Origin: a virus
Lineage: Duplodnaviria; Heunggongvirae; Uroviricota; Caudoviricetes
Length of the DNA: 31,466 bases
Virus record (IMG/VR): IMGVR_UViG_2645727604_000022
Direction: 5' to 3' (one strand)
This document shows, piece after piece, positions 9,241 to 17,640 of this stretch (the first letter of the stretch is position 1; each line of letters starts with the position of its first letter). Both the position numbers and the translations under genes were made by a program. The notes beneath the pieces were generated by a model. It did not search any database. It worked only from the letters and a program-made list of their open reading frames with translations, and was not told where the DNA came from.

Positions 9241-9660
9241 AGATTAATAAGATCAGAATTCTCTTTCGGTGTCGCCTCTGGCTTTTCCACCGAAAACAAT
9301 TACACAACTACAGAGAATAACGAGAGTTATTAAATGTAGAAAGTGGAATTGTATTGAGGCTTAGTGAAATTACACGAGGAAAGCAGAGTGTAATTGAGCT
9401 TTAGCCGCTCTCTCTTCGAGTAATTACACAACTACAGAATGTAGAAGTGGAATTAAGAGTTAGAGTTAACACATAAGCAATCAGTATGATTGGTTAGGTG
9501 ATTACTCTTCTGCGCACAGCGCAATAGATTTCTTCGTGGGCGTTATCGCCAACGAAGTTACACGAAGAAAGTAACGCTTTGCTTTCGGTGTGAGCGGAAC
9601 GGGCCAGCCACGAAGCCCAAAGGTAGCGGAGTAAGGCTGCTTGCCAGAGAGTGAAGCTAA
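9241..9660. other. Structured, relatively GC-richer non-coding block with nested hairpins and TGTGTAAT/AATTACACA motifs (possible regulatory RNA or protein-binding array)
   Basis: Hairpins TTTCGGTG...CACCGAAA, AATTACAC-N12-GTGTAATT, CTTCGTGGGCG-TTAT-CGCCAACGAAG; direct repeats AATTACACAACTACAGA at 9297 and 9422; no ORF of 60 aa or more. Confidence 0.3.
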
Positions 9661-9769
9661 CGCCGGAAGGCAAAAGATCATATATATATATAGATATAAA
9701 GAATATTATTATTATGATCTAATTAATAATCTAATATAGTTTTATTAATAGTCTTATTGTAGTTCACAG

Positions 9770-9845
9770 TGACCTACCCCCTAGCTCACTATGACCTACC
9801 CCCTAGCTCATAGTGAACTACCCCCTAGCTCATAGTGAACTACCG
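9770..9845. repeat. Iteron array: about 3.5 tandem copies of a 22-bp unit TGA(C/A)CTACCCCCTAGCTCA, next to an AT-rich tract (9660-9760); candidate replication origin
   Basis: Units start at 9770, 9792, 9814 and 9836 (22-bp period); the preceding tract is almost pure A/T including ATATATATATATAGATATAAAG. Confidence 0.6.
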
Positions 9846-10318
9846 TTACTACCAATCATCACATAGCACTCTGTGTAATGCCTTTCTATGTGTGTGCCAT
9901 AATCCCCTATATTCCCTGTGTAAATCATAGAATATCCCTAACTTATTCCTGTGTAATTCCATACTAAAAATTCAATGAAAAGTAGCTTAAAAGTGCAATT
10001 CTTACTTTCTTCACTTTTACATCACTTTCGCAAAGCCTTGTGTAGTGCGGCTTACAGAGCACCATCAGAAATTGTTGGCTAAAAATTGTTCTGCTTGTTT
10101 CTGAATGAGTTTTCTCGTTTGTGCAAATTTTAAAATTTATTTTGTTTTTACAGCCTTATTTCGTGTAATGCGTGGCATAGCAAGCCCTTTTCTTGTGTTG
10201 TCAAGACATTTGGCAACGTTCAAACATCTGTTTAGAAATGCCAAATTGTTGATCTAACAAATAAACCTGTATAAACAGAACACTATTTAATCTATTCCCC
10301 TGTGTATCCATTAGGCAT

Positions 10319-10426
10319 ACCAAATGAATACATCTAAATCGTGTAATATTCCGTACCTATAAGGCTTGAAACAGACCAAATGAATACGATATACTCATTT
10401 GCATTGGAGTAGTGCCAAATCGATAC
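10319..10426. promoter_or_regulatory. res-like recombination / autoregulatory site upstream of the serine recombinase gene
   Basis: Three direct copies of ACCAAATGAATAC-like 13-mer (10319, 10375, 10414); the middle one forms a 25-bp palindrome CAAATGAATACGATATACTCATTTG. Confidence 0.45.
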
Positions 10427-10440
10427 ATTAAGGGGATTTT

Positions 10441-10980
10441 ATGAGCAATATCGGTTATAAGCGTGTGAGCACTGTAGATCAGAACACTGATCGCCAGCTT
10501 GCAGGAGTAACGCTTGATAAAGTCTTTGAAGATAAGCTGTCAGGTAAAGACACTAACCGTCCAGGATTGCAGGCGTGTTTATCCTATCTGAGAGAAGGCG
10601 ACACCTTACACGTGCACTCTCTCGACCGTTTAGGGCGTAACACCTTAGACATTCTTGCCTTAGTGGAACAACTTAATAATCGAGGTGTAATTGTTCGATT
10701 TCATAAAGAAGGGATCATTGCAGACATTACAAGCGCGATGGGAAAAATGATGCTTACGATGTTGTCGGCAGTTGCAACGTGTGAACGTGAACTGATGTTA
10801 GAGCGTAAACGAGAAGCGCAAGCCGTCAATCCTACAAAGCGTGGTAATGGAAAAGCAGTAGATAGAGAAGGTATAAAGAAAGCCCTTTCTGATGGCCTGT
10901 CAGTGCGTAAAACCGCCGAGAGCTTTAATGTTGCTCCTTCAACGGTACAGCGAATTAAGAAGGAAGAAGAGGAGGCGTAA
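10441..10980 (+). CDS. Small serine recombinase (resolvase/invertase family), 179 aa
   Basis: N-terminus MSNIGYKRVSTVDQNTDRQ with catalytic-Ser context, FEDKLSGKDTNRPGL and GDTLHVHSLDRLGRN match the Hin/resolvase family pattern; SD AAGGGGA upstream. Confidence 0.9.
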   Translation: MSNIGYKRVSTVDQNTDRQLAGVTLDKVFEDKLSGKDTNRPGLQACLSYLREGDTLHVHSLDRLGRNTLDILALVEQLNNRGVIVRFHKEGIIADITSAMGKMMLTMLSAVATCERELMLERKREAQAVNPTKRGNGKAVDREGIKKALSDGLSVRKTAESFNVAPSTVQRIKKEEEEA

Positions 10981-10996
10981 TGCCTCCTTGATATTT
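10970..10996 (+). terminator. Putative intrinsic terminator overlapping the recombinase stop codon
   Basis: Hairpin AGGAGGC-GTAAT-GCCTCCT followed by a T-rich tract. Confidence 0.45.
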
Positions 10997-11421
10997 GGGG
11001 ATTCTGGATTTTCCAGATCGGGGGGCGCTGAAAATCGCGTTAAGCACCTCTCGCAATCTAGCCATAAGGGAGGGGATTCATATGTATTTAGATGTATTTA
11101 TAGCTATTTATGGCTATTTATGGCTATTTATTTTTTATTTATCTTTATTTAAAAATAACCTTATAAATCAATAAGATACAGAACTATCTGTTTATATTTT
11201 AATCAATTAAATCAAGTTTAATACCCTTAAATACCCTAAAAATAGCCTTAAATACCCCAATAATTAATTTTAAGGCTTTCCGTGTTCTCTTCTGCATTAT
11301 GAAAATGCAAAATAAGGCACAAAACAAGCTCACAGACGCATTAAACACACATCACCTATACACCCCTATACCAAGCAATGAAAACAGCGTTAGAATGCGT
11401 CCTGTTGCGTTCTGGAGATTT

Positions 11422-11580
11422 TCAGAAATCCTCTCTAAGCCATTTCAACTCACTAAGGAGTTTTCTTTCTTCGTTCTCTCTCTGTTTACGCTCTAACCAG
11501 GCTTTTCCTTCTGGCGTAGACAGGAACTTACGAGCGTGAATCTTGCGGTTATTACGTTTTATAGCTGCAATGTTTTTCAT
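11422..11580 (-). CDS. Possible small basic protein (52 aa); not in the ORF track
   Basis: Hand translation MKNIAAIKRNNRKIHARKFLSTPEGKAWLERKQRENEERKLLSELKWLREDF; AGAGG 6 nt before the ATG. Confidence 0.25.
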   Translation of the reverse strand: MKNIAAIKRNNRKIHARKFLSTPEGKAWLERKQRENEERKLLSELKWLREDF

Positions 11581-12183
11581 CGTGTGCCTCTGTATTCATA
11601 TGAAAATTAACAAGTTACATACTACACAGGGAGACTACGCATAAAACACAATACAAGTAAAGATACATTTTCAAGACAATAGGAGCCATAAAGCGCCTTT
11701 GATGGTTATACCAAAAAATAAGCGCCGTAGGCGTATCCACTAAAAAGGGCTTTTTCACAAAAGCTATGAAGTCTTAGCAGTTCTTCTCTTATCAGGCACC
11801 CGTTGTACTCCGGTGGACGAAACCGTGCTAGAGCTTGATTCTTTCCCGATCAAGTTAGGTTTTGAAGAGGTGGGCTTTAATCCACTATTGCACTTAAAAC
11901 TCTTCCCATCATTTAGCCTGTTTATCCTCTGCAACGTCTCACGACGTGTGGCATCATTGGACACCGCGCCAGGTGTGGAACATCTTGCTAAGAGTTTTGG
12001 TAGAAGGTTTAGAGACGGTGGCACGTCTTCCAGCTTCAAAGGAACTTGTTACGAGGTTGAGCCTGGGAACTACTCGCCCATACGTGTTACACTACCAAAG
12101 CCCATAACAACGTATAGGCGTTTGTAAGTGATAACAGAAGATACAATTTCTTAGAGAAGTTAAGCTAAGTTATTGATTTTCTT

Positions 12184-12202
12184 AATGGTGCCGATAATAG
12201 GA
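12184..12202. repeat. attL: 19-bp copy of the tRNA-Thr 3' end
   Basis: Identical to 30021-30039. Confidence 0.6.
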
Positions 12203-12263
12203 ACAATACACATAGGCGATAAGCTTTGTTTTTGTTGCCTTTTTTATTGTTCATTTTTTATAG

Positions 12264-12288
12264 ATACCCCCAAAAGTACCCCCATATC
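12264..12288. repeat. Tandem TACCCCCA half-site motif ATACCCCCAAAAGTACCCCCATATC, left-end copy (candidate integrase arm-type site)
   Basis: Near-identical copy (21 of 22 positions) at 29889-29913 in the same orientation. Confidence 0.4.
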
Positions 12289-12313
12289 TTTTTCCGCCCC
12301 TGAAATTTGGTTG

Positions 12314-12725
12314 TTATTCATACAGCATATCAGGCGGTAACGCTCTCCCTTTAACCCACTTATTGTATGATAGTGCTATCCCACAATAAGGAATCAGCCA
12401 GCCATGAGAATGACCAGCCGCAAAAAAGAGATACTTAGCTACTTTGAACCGGATAACCTCGAATGGGTGACTGGTGAGATTGGTGCGCCGCCCATAGTGG
12501 CGTGATTGCCGCGTTACCCATGCTTTCATCCTCACCCCATACGCGATACTCGCTACCTGGATCACCTTTACGCCCTTTCTCGAACATATACAGGTGTTCG
12601 TCATTCCAGCCAAAAGCTAACTGGATCACGGCATGAAGTTTACTAAAGGGGATTTGCTCTGGAACCAGCACACGCCGCCATATAGGTGGTTTGCTGTCTC
12701 GGATGGTTATCTTTAGCTGGTACAT
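12314..12725 (-). pseudogene. Frameshifted gene resembling the pRiA4b ORF-3-like family
   Basis: N-terminal frame MYQLKITIRDSKPPIWRRVLVP...AFGWNDEHLYMF continues in a second overlapping frame carrying YLFFAAGHSHGWLI; family assignment is from memory. Confidence 0.45.
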
Positions 12726-12845
12726 GCAAATCCTGAATAAATGCGAATCGGAAGGATAACGATACTGACGTACTCACAATTCTGTAAAGGTGAATAAAGG
12801 AAATTTGCTTAATACGCATAAGTTACATGTGGAATAATCCCATAT

Positions 12846-13031
12846 CTACCTGCGCGGCGCTGGCTTCTTCCACTGGTAGGCAGGTGCTCGCATCATTTCG
12901 CGGAACCTGTCGCGCCGGGCTATATCGGCATTAACTGATCGTTCTATCTCCCGTTGATCTGCCTGTGTAAGCTGATGGCCTCCGTGCTCAAGTTTGGCGA
13001 TGGTCAATAAGGCTATTTCGCGTGGTGTCAT
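12846..13031 (-). CDS. Hypothetical small protein (61 aa)
   Basis: ORF with SD AGAGGG 8 nt upstream. Confidence 0.35.
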   Translation of the reverse strand: MTPREIALLTIAKLEHGGHQLTQADQREIERSVNADIARRDRFREMMRAPAYQWKKPAPRR

Positions 13032-13328
13032 ACGTCATACCCTCTGGAAGAATGAAACACGCCCGGATTAAATTTCATTTTTCGCGGGTATAAAAAAACG
13101 ATGGGGCGGGCAGTCCCGGATAGTCAGGGCTGTAGAGATTTGACTACCCCCTCCCCACTGGATTCAGGTTACTGCTATTCCGTTAAGCGCTGCTTACGGG
13201 GATAGCTGCGTTGTGATTTTGACCATTCAGGTCGCCGCTATTTCCTCACCGATTGGGTGCTACGCGCGCGCGTACTTGTCCCGAAATACCAGAAACCGCC
13301 AGCCAGAGGATGATTTCCCTCTGGTGGT

Positions 13329-13610
13329 CTACCTTTGCCTCTTGCCGCCATTTAACCGGAAGGCGTTACCGTTCGGTTGCGCTATCCCCATGCGGTGTTG
13401 CGTTTCGGTAACAGCTTTATGCAGGTCGCCAAATTCCTCAACCTTCACGGGCGGGCGCTTCACGTTCTCCAGACACGTTTCACGGCGGCGCTTTATCCAT
13501 TCCCGATCATCGTCCTCGGTGCATAACAGCATGACTTCCATCCATCGTGCGGCAGCTCTCCGGTATAGCCCTTTTGACTCCAGCTCTTCAGCTTTCCTGT
13601 CCCTTATCAT
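13329..13610 (-). CDS. PerC-family-like small transcriptional regulator (93 aa)
   Basis: N-terminus MIRDRKAEELESKGLYRRAAARW resembles the PerC/Pch family as recalled; SD GAGAGG 7 nt upstream. Confidence 0.5.
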   Translation of the reverse strand: MIRDRKAEELESKGLYRRAAARWMEVMLLCTEDDDREWIKRRRETCLENVKRPPVKVEEFGDLHKAVTETQHRMGIAQPNGNAFRLNGGKRQR

Positions 13611-13640
13611 TTCTGCCTCTCAGATTATATAGATAAGCAA

Positions 13641-13770
13641 AAAGGTGTTGGTTCAGTTGGTTCAGTTGGTTCAATTTGTAAAGATTGTTGTTTTTATTGT
13701 GTTTTTTCTGAAATATTGAACCAACATCAACTCATTTTGAACCAACACAGCCCAGCTCTGAACCAACAAC
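13641..13770. repeat. Iteron cluster IR-L: three tight GTTGGTTCA repeats then three spaced TGAACCAAC repeats
   Basis: Reverse complement matches cluster 20679-20799, including a 43-bp perfect terminal match. Confidence 0.65.
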
Positions 13771-13869
13771 ACAGCGATAGATTTGTGATTGGTCCGTTAT
13801 TTTCTGGCTGATATTTGAGCGTATAACAGTGTTATACAGTGGTATACTGTATGGATATTACTCACTGAT

Positions 13870-14325
13870 ATGGTCTTTGCAATGAGCAAATCTAATCTGG
13901 TCGCGTTCCGCATCCCATCTGAATTGCAGGATGAGTTTAATCGGTCTGTTCTCGCTTCTGGAGGAGATAAAACCTCCTGGCTTGTTGATGCGATTCGCAT
14001 GAAGCTGGGGCAGCCGGAAAAGTCTATTGATTCACGAATGCTTGGGCTGGTGGAGCGCATGGAAAAAGCCGCTGCGTCGCTTATTGCCGGAAAGCCGAAC
14101 ATCCCACCAAAACCATATAACGAAACGGCAGTTATAAAGATCATTGCCGATACCATCCAACAGGGATTTGATAATGGGCGTGTGATAGCTGAACGGATCA
14201 ATGAAGCAGGCTATCAAACAAAAGCTGGTAAAGCGTGGGATAAAGATATTTACAGCGCGTGGAAGCGTCAGGGAAGCAATGCTGAAAAGCTAAAAGCAGT
14301 GATTGATTGTAAGGTCAGCGTATAA
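13870..14325 (+). CDS. Mnt/Arc-like ribbon-helix-helix domain protein with C-terminal extension (151 aa)
   Basis: RHH-like N-terminus SNLVAFRIPSELQDEFNRSVLASGGDKTSWLVDAIRMKLG; no clear SD. Confidence 0.55.
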   Translation: MVFAMSKSNLVAFRIPSELQDEFNRSVLASGGDKTSWLVDAIRMKLGQPEKSIDSRMLGLVERMEKAAASLIAGKPNIPPKPYNETAVIKIIADTIQQGFDNGRVIAERINEAGYQTKAGKAWDKDIYSAWKRQGSNAEKLKAVIDCKVSV

Positions 14326-14404
14326 ACATGAGTGCCCATTGGAAAGTTGCTTGGGCCAATACCTTTATACACCAGCAGGTAGTGACGATAGGTGAGGATC
14401 AGAT

Positions 14405-14626
14405 ATGAAAGGCAGAACGCCACACATTGAACATCAAGCCAACCACTTCCCTGATGTTCGCAATGAGATGATTGCCATTCGCGGTGATATGCACGGATTG
14501 GAGCGTCGAATTATTGATAAGATTGATGAAAATAGAGATAAGGCCAGTGAAAATCAAAAGTGGATCATCGGCCTGTTGATTTTATCAATTCTTATCCCGC
14601 TACTTATCGCATTGGTCACAAAATGA
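14405..14626 (+). CDS. Small protein with C-terminal transmembrane anchor (73 aa)
   Basis: SD GAGGA 9 nt upstream; C-terminus KWIIGLLILSILIPLLIALVTK. Confidence 0.5.
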   Translation: MKGRTPHIEHQANHFPDVRNEMIAIRGDMHGLERRIIDKIDENRDKASENQKWIIGLLILSILIPLLIALVTK

Positions 14627-15146
14627 ATATCCAATGTGTATGCTGTCGATGCTACGCGCGCGTACTTGTCGCAAAATATCAGGCAAAGGCCAGATTCAGA
14701 AAGTCGTGATAATCACCAGCACAACATGAGATGTCATGTAACGCGATTGATCACACCAGATACATGTGATGGTGTACCCGCATAAAACATCGTCATAGCG
14801 CGTCCTGTGCGCACATACGCCGATAATCAACACATCACCACCACTCTGTCTCGTGTAGAGAACAGTTTCATGGTATCCCCCGCCATCGTGTGCGTACTGG
14901 TCGGACGTGGTTGCAAAATTTTTGCAACTGATACCCCTCGCGCGCGTACTGGTCACGAAATTGGTGTTTTGCTGTGGCAGTGATATCAGAAAAATCTTCC
15001 TGTTTCACATAAAGCGGATATGCGCGTACTGTAACGACCCCATCAACGGGATCGGATTTGAAATCCTGACCCAAGCTATGTACCAAATGCCATGTCTTGG
15101 ATATATGATGATTGCCATTCTAAACAAAGCTAAAGGGAGGGTTGGT

Positions 15147-15503
15147 GTGAGGGGGCAGGCAGTTATAATTATTTTGTTGGGTTTAATTGTCGCAAAGTTA
15201 TACCCGACTTTATCGATGGTGTTTTTTGCCATTATTGGCGCAGCCATCTTTACTTATATCATTAAACATACCGCCTTGTGGTTCTATAAAATTGATATAG
15301 TTCAGAAGTTTGTACGTCCTGTGTCGATGTTATTACTAGCATTAATACCAATTGGTGTTGCTTATGTAATTGATGTTTTTTACCCTTCGGACACTGAAAG
15401 GTGGTTGATAGTTTTGTATTGTTATATTGGTGTAGCTCTCTTTTGTGGATTTCATTGGTGTTTCGAAAAGATCAATGACTCTATTTCAAAGAATAAAGAT
15501 TGA
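15147..15503 (+). CDS. AT-rich small integral membrane protein with four predicted TM helices; candidate immunity / superinfection-exclusion protein (ORF track frame opens at 14907; start here assigned to GTG 15147)
   Basis: SD GGAGGG 6 nt before GTG; four hydrophobic helices; about 37% GC on sampled lines versus about 63% in the adjacent 705-aa gene. Confidence 0.6.
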   Translation: MRGQAVIIILLGLIVAKLYPTLSMVFFAIIGAAIFTYIIKHTALWFYKIDIVQKFVRPVSMLLLALIPIGVAYVIDVFYPSDTERWLIVLYCYIGVALFCGFHWCFEKINDSISKNKD

Positions 15504-15517
15504 GGCCATCCGTGGCC
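15504..15517. terminator. Short hairpin between the convergent membrane-protein and 705-aa genes
   Basis: GGCCA-TCCG-TGGCC hairpin; weak flanking U-runs. Confidence 0.3.
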
Positions 15518-15522
15518 ATTCA

Positions 15523-17640
15523 CTAGTCATTATCTGGATCATTAGATAGCCAAGTAATGATGCCCAGTCTGGCGATGGTCCGTTTTTCCTGTTCAGGAAG
15601 AGAGTTAAAAAAACTCTTCCATTGAGGGGAGCGCCTGATACGTGAATCAACAATGTGCCCAGGCGCTTTTCCGTGTAGATTTTTTACTGCGCTCTGGAAG
15701 GCTGGCGAGGCAATTAATTTATCCGCAGCATCAGCCGCCCCTGCTCCACCAGCTAATCGAGCTTTACTCGCCAATCTTGCTCCAATATCAGCCCCAGCAA
15801 TGGCTCCAAGCGATCCAAAATGAGCGCCTACCATCGTGCCTATTTTTTGAATGTGTTTTGCTGCTAGTTCGTATGGAGCTGTTACCCGATTAAATCTGTT
15901 TACAAACTCATTCAGCTTACCAGTAGATATTTCATGCGCTTTAGCATTTTTTATTGCTCTGGCAACTTTGTATACATCATATAGTCCGCTCATTGTTTCT
16001 TTTGGCAAATGTTCAGCCAAAGTCTTTAGCTGTCCACTGTGTTGCAAGTTTTGCCACCAATCTGCAAAGCCAGATGGATTAAAGTCGGCCCCACGCTTCC
16101 CAGAGGAAAGCATATCTCTTAATGCTGTTCCTACTAGCTCCCTTCGCAATGTTCTTGATGGAGTATTTTGCATAATCTCACGAAACCCTCTCGCATCACC
16201 TTTTGCCATAGATTGAAGAGAATTCGTTACTTTATACGCTATATCCCCATTAAGTGTTTTCCCGCGAAGATTTACCATTTGCCTTTCTAAGTTTTTTCTC
16301 ATAGCTACAAGGCGTTGTGCGACTTCGAAATCTCGCAAGTATCCAGTATTGGATAAGACAGATTTTTGGTCTTCAGCTAAAGCTCCATATAGTCTTGATA
16401 GCGCTTCTTTATCAGCATCTTTGTATGGCCCCTGCTTTTTATTTAGGGCATCACCAACTAAACGCCTTTGCCTGTTTAAATTTGCATACGTTAGGATTCT
16501 ATCTGGGCCGGGGTTTATTGCTGTAAAAACTCGCTTTTCTATTGGGTCAAGATTATCCCACCCTCCTAAATCATCAGCGATTTTTTCCAGCATAGTGCTT
16601 GTGTTATTTGCTTCGACTTTTGTTCTTGGTGATAGAGCGGAATCAACACGTTTATATAACTGATCACTACGGTTTTTTAGTGCTTCCATTCTACTATTTA
16701 TCTGATAAATATATTTTTCGCTCATAGCTAACGCATCTGGCGCACCAGCAACATCATCGATTATCTTGCCAGCACTAGAGGCTAATTCGCTTATTGCTTT
16801 ATCTTCTTGAGCTTTTAACGCTGATCCTGTCCGTGACTTTAGGGCTTGCTCTACAGCTTGGTATTGCTCATTTCCTGATAAATGAGAAGGAAGAACTGAA
16901 TCAACATGAAGCCTATTTGCAGCCTCAACAATTTCTTTCTGAGGTTTTAGATCTAGCCCTTCAAGCGAAGAGGCAAGATTTGGGTTGCCTTGTGCAGATA
17001 ACTTACGAATTTTCTCTTCGGCAGGAGTAATCCCCTCAATATCTGGAATCGAAGAAACATTCTTCTTGGTTAATTTCCCAGCTATTTTATTAATTGCAGG
17101 GCCAGCAAGTTCGGCTACAGGGCCAGCCACAGCGCCAATAGCAGCGCCGGAAGCAACATCGCTATTTGTTCCATTGGCTACAATAGCCCCTTCTCCAGCA
17201 CCAAGCCCTGCGGCGGCAGCCAGTCTTGCCGCCCCTTTGGGAACCTGAGAAATAATCCCACCACCACTAACAAATGGCGCTGCTTGTCCAACGAACTCAC
17301 CAACATCTTGTGCGGTTGATGGTTTTGCCGCTAACTTCTGCTGTAGAGACTGAATTGCGGCTTGCTCTTCTGGTGTCATATCCTGAAACAGGCCAACACC
17401 TTTACCAACATCCATCAATCCACTGAGAACGCCATACATAAAACGGTCGAAACCGTTAGCATTATTAACAACATTTTCCTGTCTGGAATTTTCCTCTGGT
17501 GAAACCAAAGGTGATTGCTGCTGTTCTGGTTGGGCATCAAGCACAAAACCATCAGGAAGCTGTGAACTATCAGGAAACTGTGAGTTATCAGGTTGTTCAT
17601 CGAGCACAAAACCTTCCGGTAAGATTACATTTGCTGCCAT
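15523..17640 (-). CDS. Hypothetical large Gly/Ala-rich coiled-coil protein (705 aa), last gene of the LexA-box operon
   Basis: N-terminal repeats PEGFVLDEQP / PDGFVLDAQP, long Gly/Ala zipper segments, no P-loop or nuclease motif found. Confidence 0.75.
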   Translation of the reverse strand: MAANVILPEGFVLDEQPDNSQFPDSSQLPDGFVLDAQPEQQQSPLVSPEENSRQENVVNNANGFDRFMYGVLSGLMDVGKGVGLFQDMTPEEQAAIQSLQQKLAAKPSTAQDVGEFVGQAAPFVSGGGIISQVPKGAARLAAAAGLGAGEGAIVANGTNSDVASGAAIGAVAGPVAELAGPAINKIAGKLTKKNVSSIPDIEGITPAEEKIRKLSAQGNPNLASSLEGLDLKPQKEIVEAANRLHVDSVLPSHLSGNEQYQAVEQALKSRTGSALKAQEDKAISELASSAGKIIDDVAGAPDALAMSEKYIYQINSRMEALKNRSDQLYKRVDSALSPRTKVEANNTSTMLEKIADDLGGWDNLDPIEKRVFTAINPGPDRILTYANLNRQRRLVGDALNKKQGPYKDADKEALSRLYGALAEDQKSVLSNTGYLRDFEVAQRLVAMRKNLERQMVNLRGKTLNGDIAYKVTNSLQSMAKGDARGFREIMQNTPSRTLRRELVGTALRDMLSSGKRGADFNPSGFADWWQNLQHSGQLKTLAEHLPKETMSGLYDVYKVARAIKNAKAHEISTGKLNEFVNRFNRVTAPYELAAKHIQKIGTMVGAHFGSLGAIAGADIGARLASKARLAGGAGAADAADKLIASPAFQSAVKNLHGKAPGHIVDSRIRRSPQWKSFFNSLPEQEKRTIARLGIITWLSNDPDND

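Larger units (their letters stand above)
1..12183. mobile_element. Element A: AT-rich integrated element (integrase, structural-like operon, replication module, iteron region, serine recombinase); left boundary lies outside the window
   Basis: Hand counts on sampled 60-nt lines give about 22-32% GC here versus about 60% in proA; right edge abuts the att repeat at 12184; integrase begins at window position 1. Confidence 0.45.

Noticed and set aside
9770-9845. CRISPR array
   Set aside because: Repeats are contiguous 22-bp iterons without intervening unique spacers; no cas genes
11764-12127. Two overlapping ORFs (91 and 104 aa)
   Set aside because: Mutually exclusive, TTG/GTG starts, no SD
13213-13632. 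139-aa plus-strand ORF
   Set aside because: Antisense to the better-supported PerC-like gene, which has a clear SD; composition not protein-like
14696-15086. Minus-strand ORFs 14696-14956 and 14868-15086, and the 14907 start of the membrane-protein ORF
   Set aside because: Overlap the GC-alternating repeat copies; the better-supported start is GTG 15147 with a strong SD
15523-17640. Pore-forming colicin for the 705-aa protein
   Set aside because: No C-terminal hydrophobic helical hairpin; the protein sits in a multi-gene coupled operon
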